The notes beneath the pieces are model-generated. The model was not told where the DNA came from and did no database searches. It worked only from the letters and a program-made list of their open reading frames with translations. This document shows positions 19,393 through 29,176 of a stretch of 64,000 nt of DNA, in pieces. Within the stretch, counting starts at the first letter, position 1. Every line of letters begins with the position of its first letter. Made by a program: the position numbers and the translations under genes. The stretch spans positions 32,001-96,000 of the forward strand of contig JAITVV010000017.1 in assembly GCA_031285625.1 (NCBI GenBank), in the 5' to 3' direction. The stretch is from Prevotella sp. (GTDB taxonomy: Bacteria > Bacteroidota > Bacteroidia > Bacteroidales > Dysgonomonadaceae).

Positions 19393-20841
19393 TTATTTTT
19401 TATTTAACTTACTATGCTTGATACCATAAGTGAAATAAATAATAAAACCTAATACAGTCCATCCTATCATTCGCTCCCAGGTACTCCACGGTAGCGACAC
19501 CATTTGTACGATGCAGATTGCAGCACCAAGGAGTGGTATAAAAGGGACAAAAGGAGTTTTGAAAGGGCGTTTCAGGTCAGGTTGTGTTTTACGTAATATA
19601 ACAATCGATATACAAACTATTGTAAATGCCATCAATGTTCCTATCGATACGAGTTCGCTCAACACATGTAAAGGAAACAAGCCAGCAATCAAGCCTGTCA
19701 CAATACTCGCAAAGATAGTTGCATTATGAGGAACTCCATGTTTAGGATGAACTTTAGAGAACACTTTGGGCAATAGCCCGTCTTGTGATATAGAGTAATA
19801 AATCCGTGATTGCCCAAGCATCATCACCAATATAACCGAACTGAGACCTGCAATAGCTCCCAACTTAATAAATGGACTCAACCATGCCAATCCCTCTCCT
19901 GCACGATCGATAGCTAAAGCAATAGGTGCATCCACATTCAGGTCTTTATAATTGACGATCCCTGTTAATACAGTTGTCACTGCAATATAAAGTAATGCAC
20001 ATATAATAAGTGAAATCAATATACCTTTTGGCATATCTTTTTGTGGATTTTTAGCTTCGCCTGCAGCTGTAGAAAGTGCATCGAAACCCAGATATGCATA
20101 AAAAACAACTGCAGCCCCCCTTAGTATACCCGTCCATCCAAAACTCCCATATCCTCCGGTATTCTCAGGAATATATGGTACCCAATTGCTGGTATCAATA
20201 TAGGATAATCCAAAACCGATAAAAAGCAGAATAACGCTCACCTTGATAACCACAATCACATTGTTTACCAAAGCCGACTGTTTAATTCCCCCAATAAGGA
20301 ATGCTGAAACAACAGCTACAATAAACACCGCAGGGAAATTAATTATTTTACCAGTCCATACCCAGCTTCCATCTTTAAGATGATCAAAAGTAGCTCCTGA
20401 TATCTGATGGGGAAAATCAACACCCCATTCATTTAGCAGGCTCAACATATAGCCAGACCATCCAACAGCAACGCTGGAACAAGCAAAAAGGTATTCAAGA
20501 ATAAGAATCCATCCTACAAACCATGCCAATATCTCCCCCATTGTGGTATAGCTATATGAGTATACTCCACCAGAAACAGGTATCATAGCAGCAAATTCGG
20601 CATAACACAGTCCTGCCATCACACAACTTAAAGCAGAAATAACAAACGATATAGTGAGAGCCGGACCTGCATACATAGCTGCAGCCTGCCCTGTAATGAC
20701 AAAAATACCAGTACCAACAATAGCCCCAATACCTAGTGTAACAAGATTAGTTGCAGAAAGACTTCTTTTAAGTCCCCTATTTACAGTAGGTTCATTGAGT
20801 ATTGCCGAGATATCCTTTTTCTTGAATAACCTGTCAATCAT
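19393..20841 (-). CDS. APC-family amino acid permease
   Basis: LGIGAIVGTGIF, YAEFAAMIP, FDALSTAAGE. Start placed at MIDRL because a TATTTTTG box lies within the longer ORF extension. Confidence 0.93.
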   Translation of the reverse strand: MIDRLFKKKDISAILNEPTVNRGLKRSLSATNLVTLGIGAIVGTGIFVITGQAAAMYAGPALTISFVISALSCVMAGLCYAEFAAMIPVSGGVYSYSYTTMGEILAWFVGWILILEYLFACSSVAVGWSGYMLSLLNEWGVDFPHQISGATFDHLKDGSWVWTGKIINFPAVFIVAVVSAFLIGGIKQSALVNNVIVVIKVSVILLFIGFGLSYIDTSNWVPYIPENTGGYGSFGWTGILRGAAVVFYAYLGFDALSTAAGEAKNPQKDMPKGILISLIICALLYIAVTTVLTGIVNYKDLNVDAPIALAIDRAGEGLAWLSPFIKLGAIAGLSSVILVMMLGQSRIYYSISQDGLLPKVFSKVHPKHGVPHNATIFASIVTGLIAGLFPLHVLSELVSIGTLMAFTIVCISIVILRKTQPDLKRPFKTPFVPFIPLLGAAICIVQMVSLPWSTWERMIGWTVLGFIIYFTYGIKHSKLNKK

Positions 20842-20968
20842 AATGGAAATTTTTGTGCAAAAATAAGGAAATAACAAATTAAATCTAAATATTTAACCTT
20901 TATATTACTTTACACAATAAAACAAAATACTGGAACCTAATGTTTTATCAATAATAAATGATATTGAT

Positions 20969-21334
20969 ATGACACAGATAAAGTTAAAACGTGTATATGA
21001 AGATCAGTCTGATAGCGACGGCTTCCGTATATTAGTAGATAAGCTATGGCCAAGAGGTATGAAGAAAGAGCACCTGCATTACGATTTATGGGCAAAAGAT
21101 ATTACTCCCTCCTCTAATTTACGTAAATGGTTTCATGATGATATACAGGACAGATGGAATGATTTCTCTGTGATGTACCAGAAAGAACTAAGTGATTCTA
21201 CATATGCAAAAAATTTAATTGATAATATAAAATTCAGAAAAGTAGTAACTTTACTATATGCCTCTAAAGAACCAGAACATAACCATGCAAAAATATTAAA
21301 GGCATACCTAGATAAGATGCTTGAGAAAAAATAA
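20969..21334 (+). CDS. DUF488 (YeaO-like) protein
   Basis: IKLKRVYE...DGFRILVDKLWPRGMKKE...PSSNLRKWFH. Confidence 0.9.
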   Translation: MTQIKLKRVYEDQSDSDGFRILVDKLWPRGMKKEHLHYDLWAKDITPSSNLRKWFHDDIQDRWNDFSVMYQKELSDSTYAKNLIDNIKFRKVVTLLYASKEPEHNHAKILKAYLDKMLEKK

Positions 21335-21421
21335 TCTTTCCCGGAATTTTGTTAAATTTGCTATTCTCTCTAATAAACGTATGCCTTGCTGCTGAAATTA
21401 CATTAATAAAAACTCGGATAT

Positions 21422-21970
21422 ATGCCAACATTAGATGACTTTCTGGACCGTATTGAACTCCTAAGCGATGATTTTAAATGGTACAATTACAAACAGAGTC
21501 CTGCAACAAAGGAACAGATAGAGATGTATGAAAGAAACCATGGTCTTCAATTTAATGATGATATAAAGATATTTCTTCTGACATATGGTGCCGTTATACT
21601 CGAAGTGGAAGAAAAGATATGGCCGCGTCCGAATGAATATGACGTTTTACCAGCATGGGAATTTGGCTATGGCCTGTTTATCTATGGTCTATCTTCGAAT
21701 AAAGATATGCTATCATGGCTCACTTATGACGAAAAATTTCTCGAAACAATGACTTCAGGAGATATTTCATTAGGACAATTATTTTATAAACGTACGGGAA
21801 ATCTATACAGAGCATATATCAATAATGATGTAATCACTATAGAGTATGACAGACTGGGCAATGATAAAGAGATATATAGCGGAAATTTTTATGATTTTTT
21901 GATCAATGAGGTTAACAAGCTTGATGCAGATTATCAAGAGTATATAAAGATACATAACAAACAAAAATAA
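21422..21970 (+). CDS. SMI1/KNR4-family protein
   Basis: PATKEQIEMYERNHGLQFNDDIKIFLLTYG and C-terminal FYDFL. Confidence 0.75.
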   Translation: MPTLDDFLDRIELLSDDFKWYNYKQSPATKEQIEMYERNHGLQFNDDIKIFLLTYGAVILEVEEKIWPRPNEYDVLPAWEFGYGLFIYGLSSNKDMLSWLTYDEKFLETMTSGDISLGQLFYKRTGNLYRAYINNDVITIEYDRLGNDKEIYSGNFYDFLINEVNKLDADYQEYIKIHNKQK

Positions 21971-21974
21971 GATT

Positions 21975-22760
21975 ATGAAAATAACAATTGTAGGTGGAGG
22001 AAATATGGGAGGGGCTATTGCAAAAGGGTTAGCTACGGGCACCTTTTCTAAGCCTGAGGATATAACTGTAATTAATAAGACACAAAATACAACAGACCAA
22101 TTAAAAAAGGCTAATCCTAACCTGAATGTGGTAACAGGCACATATGAATCTATATCTGCAGCCGATATTGTGATCATTGCAGTAAAACCATGGTTAGTAG
22201 AAGAAATTTTGTGTAATCATAAAGATAAACTGAAGAACCCTGATCAGATATTAATCTCAGTTGCTTCAGGAGTATCTCTGCAACAATTAGCGAATTGGTC
22301 TATAGCTCAAAAGGCATTTTTCAGAGCAATCCCTAACACAGCAATAGCCCAGAAAGAAAGTATGACTTTTATATCATCACTGAATGCAAGTGACACACAA
22401 AATAAATTAATTTTGAGTCTTTTTAATGAGTTAGGTAGAACGGAACTGATAGATGAAAAACTGTTATCAGCAGCAACTTCTCTGTCTTCTTGTGGTATAG
22501 CATATGCTTTCCGTTATATCAGAGCAGCGATGGAAGGTGGAATAGAAATGGGATTGTATCCCCATCAGGCCAAAAGTGCGATACTTCAAACACTACGTGG
22601 CGCAATAGAATTATTAGAGGCGAATGATTCTCATCCGGAAGCTGAAATAGATAAGGTAACTACAGCCGGAGGTATCACAATAAAAGGGCTAAATGAGATG
22701 GAGCATGCTGGTTTTACGTCTGCTGTCATCAGGGGATTGAAAGCTAGTAATGTGAAATAA
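21975..22760 (+). CDS. proC: Pyrroline-5-carboxylate reductase
   Basis: GGGNMG, AVKP, RAIPNT, VTTAGGITIKG. Confidence 0.95.
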   Translation: MKITIVGGGNMGGAIAKGLATGTFSKPEDITVINKTQNTTDQLKKANPNLNVVTGTYESISAADIVIIAVKPWLVEEILCNHKDKLKNPDQILISVASGVSLQQLANWSIAQKAFFRAIPNTAIAQKESMTFISSLNASDTQNKLILSLFNELGRTELIDEKLLSAATSLSSCGIAYAFRYIRAAMEGGIEMGLYPHQAKSAILQTLRGAIELLEANDSHPEAEIDKVTTAGGITIKGLNEMEHAGFTSAVIRGLKASNVK

Positions 22761-22961
22761 AGGCTCTAAGATTTCGATATTCTAAATCAAATCTAAAAAA
22801 ATTATATATAGAGGAAGGAAATCGATTAAGAATTCCCTCCTTTATTTTCTTATATCAAACAAAAAAAGCCACATACCTTTTTAAAGTATGAAGCATTAAA
22901 AACAAAAGTAAGAGATCATTCCAATGATCTCCCACTTTTAATCTATATCTAAATTATATTT

Positions 22962-23363
22962 TTAAAGATTACTCTTCCTCTTAGAAGTAGTTACCCCTCT
23001 GTATACAAAGTATATTACTAGAGCAAACAATACAATAGGTAAAGTTACATCTCCAATTGGTGCAGCTGCACCTACCTGTCCGGGATCTGTTGTTTCTCCA
23101 CTCTGGCCAGGTAATGTAAGTTCATCCCAATCATTAAGAGCTAAAGGACCCATTGTCTTTGCAGTAGAAGCCATTGAAGATACCTCTGTTCCTGCCCCAA
23201 CAGACATTTTCTCTATATTTGATAAAGTTACCGAAGAGGGTGACTTACTTGAAATAACAGGGGACTCCATAGCATCTGGTTCAGCAGCATTCACTGAAAC
23301 AGTTGGTATAATAAAACCAAAGGAAGCCATTAAAAATACAAATATCACTAGTTTTGTTCTCAT
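22962..23363 (-). CDS. Small exported protein with a C-terminal PIGD-TM-basic sorting-like signal
   Basis: Signal peptide; low-complexity S/T/P linker; APIGDVTLPIVLFALVIYFVYR followed by a basic tail. Confidence 0.7.
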   Translation of the reverse strand: MRTKLVIFVFLMASFGFIIPTVSVNAAEPDAMESPVISSKSPSSVTLSNIEKMSVGAGTEVSSMASTAKTMGPLALNDWDELTLPGQSGETTDPGQVGAAAPIGDVTLPIVLFALVIYFVYRGVTTSKRKSNL

Positions 23364-23399
23364 CTGTTCTATTTTACGTAGGTCTGTGTTTTCTTTTAT

Positions 23400-25973
23400 T
23401 TAGTTTTGTAAGTTTACAAATTTAGCTGTAAAGTTTCTCTTCCCAGAAATTTTTACAATATATGTACCCAAACTTAATGATTTTGGATATTCAAATGATG
23501 GATAATTATTTATTGTGGTCTTCCCTACTAATCGACCTTGCATATCAAATATCTGCAAACTACTATCAAGATCATTTTCATTTAACCCTAAAATATGTAA
23601 TATGGAAGTGTTATAATAGCAAGTAATAGGACTTTCTTCTTTTATAATATCCTCATTGTCACCATAGAAACGAAGTATGAAGCGATTTTCTGCAACATCC
23701 CTCAAATCAGAAGGACCAGATGAATACTCATACACATAACCCGGAGTCAACTTGACAGTTTTATTATTTTCATATTTGTCTATCAGCCAAACATTCGATA
23801 CAGCTGTAACATTCTCTAAGTTAATAAAGTTTAATTTCATTGTCTGTTGGGTTGCTGGAGGAGTAACATACAATGTTAATTCCTTAACATTCAACGGCAC
23901 AGCATTTCCTAACATTCCATTTCCGTCACTTGATTTTGTATAAACATAAGTAGAACCTTGTTCCGGATAAACCACCGCTTCCGATTTTGAATTTTTATTC
24001 TCAGGATCCGGTTCAGTTATAGCAGTAGTGAAACTTTTTGTAGTATCAAATAAGTCGGTGCTCTCCATTTGAGCTCCATCACGTAAAACAACTGCTGTTC
24101 TATCTGCAGTATTGTCTAAAGTACTAGCTACTTCAACAACAAAGAAATCAGATAAAAGACTTGAGTTTGCACTAGCATTCTTTAAGAAACGTGTTGTTCC
24201 AAAAGTTCTCAACTTAGGACTCAATTTTATATCAAATGCTTTATTAGTCTGCAAAATGAACATCTGCATCGGAGCAATTAAGAAGTTAGCAGGATCATTT
24301 ATTGTTTTTGTCGAATTATCTCTATCTCCTATACCAGCTACAGCGGTAGTACCATCTGTACTCACATAGTCATAGTTTACTGTCATGTGATACTTATTAG
24401 CTGAATAGTGAATTAACGCTGTGTTTACAACCCAATATTTAGAGCGTATAATATTATCAACATTATTATGATCCAAAGAAGCTTTAACTCCTGTTCCAAA
24501 TAATTCAGAAACATCAATAAAATTAGTAGACACATCCACTCCTGCATATTTAGAAGGATCATCTACAGTCATAACGTTATTATAACCAAGTCCTAACAAT
24601 GGATTCAAACTTATAGGAGCCATAAAAGGATTTCCCAAGAAATTAAGTCCTCTCTCTAAACTGATATCAACATCTGTCACAGTAAATTTTTCAGTATCGA
24701 TATATTCAATTTTATCTCTACCAAAATCCGGCCAGTCTACATAAATACCTGACCAACCTCCAGGTTTAGTACCTTTAGTAGCATTACTAGGATCATCAAC
24801 TGCCGCGAACCGACTAAAATCTTTCAAATAGTCTGTTGAACCAGGATTTGCAACCCCTCCATTATTGAAATACTCTCTCATTAGTCGACGAGAAAATTCA
24901 AATTTACCTCTAGCTCTATTCTTTTCATTTATTGTCATAGTAGACAAAGGTGCAGACCATCTATAATTAATGATATCATTATCATAGTCTGTAAGATCCA
25001 TAGTCATAAAATAACCATATCCAGCTTTCATTTTATAATTAGGATCTTGAATAGTACCTTTCCCTGAAGTCAAACTAGTCTGATCAGGTTTCATCAAAAC
25101 ATGATACATCAAATAGTCATTACCCATCTCTTTGAAAGGTGGAGTAAAACCAGTCAAATAATTCTTCTTATCTCCATTACGCAATGTATTTCCACCTGAT
25201 GGAACAGAAGCAACCTCATGATTAGCTGAGAAGTTCGATCCATCCTCATCTAGTTCGCTATTATATTTATACATTGTCAAATTCATCTGACTATAACCAA
25301 CCAAATCCGTATTTATTGCCAAATCTTTTTCTCCATCGTTAATAATAAGAGCCTGACCTATATTTAATTTTTGAGGAGTAGTAGCATCATAACCACCTTC
25401 CACAACAAATCTACTGGTTCCTAACGTATTAGAAGCATTCAATGGTGCAACCAAATTATTCACAACAACAGCAGCCGAAGAGTCCACAGCCACAAACCCA
25501 TGAGTTCTAGGATCCAAACCTGCAGCTGTTGTTTTCTCTATCCTTAGTGTAGGGAATTTTATATAATTCTTATTTTTTTGTGAACCTTTTTGAAGAAGAA
25601 GAAGCGCATTAGACCTCCGAATTGTTTGTTTATTATCTGCTCCAATAAAAGCAATCACTCCTTTATTAAGATCTGCTTCCGGATCTTTAAACAAATTCAA
25701 ATAGTCAGCCTCAGCACCTACAGCATCCGGGTCTTTACCATTAATAAAATCCCCTGTTAACTCTGTACGTCCTTTCTGAACTATTCCTGAACCATCGGAA
25801 AATTCGGCAGAACCTTTAATATACAAAGTCGTAGAACCACTGGCCTCACCTGTAGTATAACTGCTATTAAACTTAACATGCATTTTACCCTTTGAGTAAA
25901 AAACAACTGGAGATTGCCCTTTCATCAGTAAAGGCAAGAAAAGTAAGATAACTAATCCTAATCGAAGTTTCAT
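23400..25973 (-). CDS. T9SS type-A sorting-domain protein (surface/adhesin-like)
   Basis: Signal peptide ending KG-Q; GLNFLGNPF and IAPMQMF motifs; CTD LQIFDMQGRLV...LSLGTYIVKI...TAKFV. Confidence 0.85.
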   Translation of the reverse strand: MKLRLGLVILLFLPLLMKGQSPVVFYSKGKMHVKFNSSYTTGEASGSTTLYIKGSAEFSDGSGIVQKGRTELTGDFINGKDPDAVGAEADYLNLFKDPEADLNKGVIAFIGADNKQTIRRSNALLLLQKGSQKNKNYIKFPTLRIEKTTAAGLDPRTHGFVAVDSSAAVVVNNLVAPLNASNTLGTSRFVVEGGYDATTPQKLNIGQALIINDGEKDLAINTDLVGYSQMNLTMYKYNSELDEDGSNFSANHEVASVPSGGNTLRNGDKKNYLTGFTPPFKEMGNDYLMYHVLMKPDQTSLTSGKGTIQDPNYKMKAGYGYFMTMDLTDYDNDIINYRWSAPLSTMTINEKNRARGKFEFSRRLMREYFNNGGVANPGSTDYLKDFSRFAAVDDPSNATKGTKPGGWSGIYVDWPDFGRDKIEYIDTEKFTVTDVDISLERGLNFLGNPFMAPISLNPLLGLGYNNVMTVDDPSKYAGVDVSTNFIDVSELFGTGVKASLDHNNVDNIIRSKYWVVNTALIHYSANKYHMTVNYDYVSTDGTTAVAGIGDRDNSTKTINDPANFLIAPMQMFILQTNKAFDIKLSPKLRTFGTTRFLKNASANSSLLSDFFVVEVASTLDNTADRTAVVLRDGAQMESTDLFDTTKSFTTAITEPDPENKNSKSEAVVYPEQGSTYVYTKSSDGNGMLGNAVPLNVKELTLYVTPPATQQTMKLNFINLENVTAVSNVWLIDKYENNKTVKLTPGYVYEYSSGPSDLRDVAENRFILRFYGDNEDIIKEESPITCYYNTSILHILGLNENDLDSSLQIFDMQGRLVGKTTINNYPSFEYPKSLSLGTYIVKISGKRNFTAKFVNLQN

Positions 25974-26073
25974 ATTGTAGTTTTATAAAAGTCAGTAATA
26001 ATCAACCTATTATAATAAAATGCACCTTTAGTTAAGTCTTCAGTGCTTAAATACATTACTATATATCGTCGAG

Positions 26074-26081
26074 CAAAGATA
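26074..26081 (-). promoter_or_regulatory. -7 promoter box upstream of the T9SS cargo gene
   Basis: TATCTTTG on the minus strand, about 100 nt upstream of the ATG. Confidence 0.45.
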
Positions 26082-26188
26082 ACTATTTTTTTTAATTTAT
26101 AAACATTCCTTACTATTTTTTTCAGACTAAAATACATAATAACTCATTCTTTAGTACATTTCATTACTTTGTGAAGTAGAAAAAAAAA

Positions 26189-27709
26189 TCATAAATGACA
26201 AGTTCTTAATAAATCATTGATTGTTTTTACAGGATTAAATGTTTCTATTGGCACCTCTATAAATATTGTATTCCAATCAGACATAGCTCCGTTCCACAAT
26301 CCTGGTAACTCCAAAGCTTTTAGCTCTTTACCATTTTTAGATTTGATGGATATAAAACCGGTGTTACTATCCACATAATTCTTGAGATTAAAATGATGTC
26401 CTCTATAATCTTTCACACCACACACCAGGTCGACCGGATTGAAATGTGTTCCACTTTCAAACATCTCTTTCTTTTCCGGATCTGACATATCAACTTGAGA
26501 GCTTTCCAATATCTGAGGGGAAACAGTTCCATCTGCATTTACAGCGAGAAATGGTCCGCCTCCGGGTTCTCCGACATTACGCACCATACCACAAACGCGA
26601 ATTGGACGATCTAATTTACGCTTTAAATAAAGGACCAATTCTGCATCCTCTAGTAATTTAGTGTCCGGATTTTTTATATTTAACTCATTTTGCAAGAAAT
26701 ATAATATTTCCATCAATTCGTCATGAGAGTATTTACCACTATCTATTAATTTCAAATAATCAAAGATTTTTCTTTGAGTATCTACCAGCACTCCCGCCAG
26801 TATTTTTTTATACTTTGTTTCCGTTTCTTTATACTTATCTGGAATTGTATTATCTATATTCTTCAAGTAAACAATATCTGCATCAATATTGTTCAAATTT
26901 TCTATTAAAGATCCGTGACCTCCAGGACGAAACAACAATTTTCCTTCTTTGCGGAAGGGTTCATTATTTACATCAGCTGCTATTGTATCCGTACTTGGAC
27001 TTTGTTCACTAAAGCTTATATCATATATAACATGTAGTTCATTTTCCAAATTCTGCTTTTTCTCTTTTATAAGATTTTCAAACAGTGATCTATGTTCAGG
27101 AGATATTGTGAAATGAATATTTACATCCCCTTTATCATTTTTAGCATATAAATAACCCTCCACCAGATGCTCTTCTACCGGGGTACGGGAATTATCGCCA
27201 TACTTATGGAATTTCAATAATCCTTTTGGTAAATTTCCATAATTCAAACCATCTACCTTTAATAGATTTTTTATAATAGCCTTATAATTACCTTCAGTCA
27301 ATAATGTAATAATATTCTTTCCTTCGTTTTTTAAACATACAGTATCCAGATCCTGATAAAATGCAAATTTTTCAAGATCAGAAAAGAACTTTTTCTCAAA
27401 ATCTGTTGTCGGGGTATTATATGGCGCATCCAAAAACTCGAACAAATCCTTAAACATTCTACTGGCTGCACCAGAGGCAGGAACGAACTTTACTATTTTC
27501 TTTACGGGAGAAGCTTTATATGTATCCCAACTATCAAGGTATTCCTTTTCTTCCTCAGGGGTTACTACTTTTATACCTTTCTCTACCGAAGCTGCAGCAG
27601 CAAGATCCAGAAATGGGAAGCCTTTTTTAAAACTTTCCAACTGTGCCAGTAATTGCTCCTCAGTTATTCCTTTTTCTTCAATATAGTTTTTATCCGATTC
27701 GCTTATCAT
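26189..27709 (-). CDS. DUF4301 family protein
   Basis: KFVPASGAASRMFK, FRPGGHG, RVCGMVRNVGEPGGGPF, ALELPGLWNG. Confidence 0.88.
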   Translation of the reverse strand: MISESDKNYIEEKGITEEQLLAQLESFKKGFPFLDLAAAASVEKGIKVVTPEEEKEYLDSWDTYKASPVKKIVKFVPASGAASRMFKDLFEFLDAPYNTPTTDFEKKFFSDLEKFAFYQDLDTVCLKNEGKNIITLLTEGNYKAIIKNLLKVDGLNYGNLPKGLLKFHKYGDNSRTPVEEHLVEGYLYAKNDKGDVNIHFTISPEHRSLFENLIKEKKQNLENELHVIYDISFSEQSPSTDTIAADVNNEPFRKEGKLLFRPGGHGSLIENLNNIDADIVYLKNIDNTIPDKYKETETKYKKILAGVLVDTQRKIFDYLKLIDSGKYSHDELMEILYFLQNELNIKNPDTKLLEDAELVLYLKRKLDRPIRVCGMVRNVGEPGGGPFLAVNADGTVSPQILESSQVDMSDPEKKEMFESGTHFNPVDLVCGVKDYRGHHFNLKNYVDSNTGFISIKSKNGKELKALELPGLWNGAMSDWNTIFIEVPIETFNPVKTINDLLRTCHL

Positions 27710-27765
27710 AAGATAGTTTATTTGTATTAATGTATATGTACAAAACTAAGAAAAATATTAAAACA

Positions 27766-28293
27766 TCACCTCAACTGTTTCGAAAATTCCCATATAACAA
27801 TACCGGCTGCAACGGAAACATTTAGAGAATGTTTAGTTCCGAATTGAGGTATTTCTATACAACAATCACACATATCAACGTATTGCTGTGGCACTCCTTT
27901 CACTTCATTACCCAGTATAATAGCATAATTATTGTCCGCATTCAAATTCAATTCATTCAGCATTACACTATTTTCTGCTTGTTCGATAGCACAAATGATA
28001 TATTGCTCTTTTTTTAACTGGGCAATAGCCTCCCCTGTATTATCAAAATATCTCCATTCTACTGAATCTTCTGCACCCAATGCCGTCTTATGAATCTCCA
28101 CATTGGGAGGTGTGGCGGTAATACCACATAAGTAAATAGACTTAACCAGAAATGCATCGGAAGAACGAAACACCGAACCTATATTATTTAGGCTTCTTAT
28201 ATTATCTAATATTACAACCAGTGGAATTTTGGGCTCTTCTTTAAATTCGGCAATCGATAATCTATTTAGTTCTGTAATTTTCTTAACCCTCAT
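27766..28293 (-). CDS. TrmH/SpoU-family RNA methyltransferase
   Basis: LDNIRSLNNIGSVFR, GNEVKG, SLNVSVA. Confidence 0.92.
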   Translation of the reverse strand: MRVKKITELNRLSIAEFKEEPKIPLVVILDNIRSLNNIGSVFRSSDAFLVKSIYLCGITATPPNVEIHKTALGAEDSVEWRYFDNTGEAIAQLKKEQYIICAIEQAENSVMLNELNLNADNNYAIILGNEVKGVPQQYVDMCDCCIEIPQFGTKHSLNVSVAAGIVIWEFSKQLR

Positions 28294-28301
28294 AAATCTG
28301 A

Positions 28302-28655
28302 TTAATCAACCAAAACAACACTGGCATAGTCCAGTTGCGCACCCATCGGAGGATTGCGTTTTGATAATTTAATTTCAATACTTTGTATTTGTTTATATTT
28401 TCTTTTAAGACGTTTAATTATTCTATATGCTGCATTTTCAAGCAATTTAGAAGGAATTTGCATCTCTGCTTTTACTTCCTCAAATATATCGGCATAGCTA
28501 ATTGTATCATCTAAAGAGTCAGACTCTGCAGCCTTAAACAGGTCAAGGTTTATTTTTAAATTTACAACATATTCATTTCCGACTCTCGTTTCTTGTGGTA
28601 ACACTCCGTGATAAGCATAAAAAACTATGTTTTCCAGTAAAATAAAACTTTTCAT
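28302..28655 (-). CDS. folB: Dihydroneopterin aldolase
   Basis: FYAYHGV..QE...GN, DTISY, LLE, KRNPP. Confidence 0.95.
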   Translation of the reverse strand: MKSFILLENIVFYAYHGVLPQETRVGNEYVVNLKINLDLFKAAESDSLDDTISYADIFEEVKAEMQIPSKLLENAAYRIIKRLKRKYKQIQSIEIKLSKRNPPMGAQLDYASVVLVD

Positions 28656-28754
28656 AAAGAGTTAAAATAAAACGGTACAAAGCTAAGTTTTTTATTTATA
28701 TTTGTTGGTTAATGATCAGACAAAAAAATATAAAACTTAGCAAAACATTAGATT

Positions 28755-29153
28755 ATGATCAAGGGGAAATCAAAAGAAACAACACCTTACACTTCAAGTA
28801 CGCATAATATTCTTGCGTCAGGCACAAAACTACATGGAGAAATTACATCCGAAGAGGATTTTCGTATCGACGGCACAATAGAGGGCAATATTCAATGTCG
28901 TGGAAAAATTATTATTGGTCAGAGTGGAGCGGTTAACGGTAATATAGATTGTTGCAATATAGACCTGTTTGGCAAAGTAACGGGGAACATTATCTGTTCC
29001 GAAACCGTTATTCTAAAAGCCAGTTCATATTTATCAGGAGAGATCAAAACCCGTATAATAGAGATAGAGCCTGGAGCCAATTTTGAAGGAACTTGTTCGA
29101 TGCTAAATAATAATGTAAATAATAATAGCTTAACTGGTTCTTTGGAAGTGTAA
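28755..29153 (+). CDS. Bactofilin (polymer-forming cytoskeletal protein)
   Basis: GTKLHGEI..EEDFRIDGTIEGNI...IEPGANFEG beta-helix repeats. Confidence 0.9.
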   Translation: MIKGKSKETTPYTSSTHNILASGTKLHGEITSEEDFRIDGTIEGNIQCRGKIIIGQSGAVNGNIDCCNIDLFGKVTGNIICSETVILKASSYLSGEIKTRIIEIEPGANFEGTCSMLNNNVNNNSLTGSLEV

Positions 29154-29176
29154 ATACATACCAAAATAATATAGTT

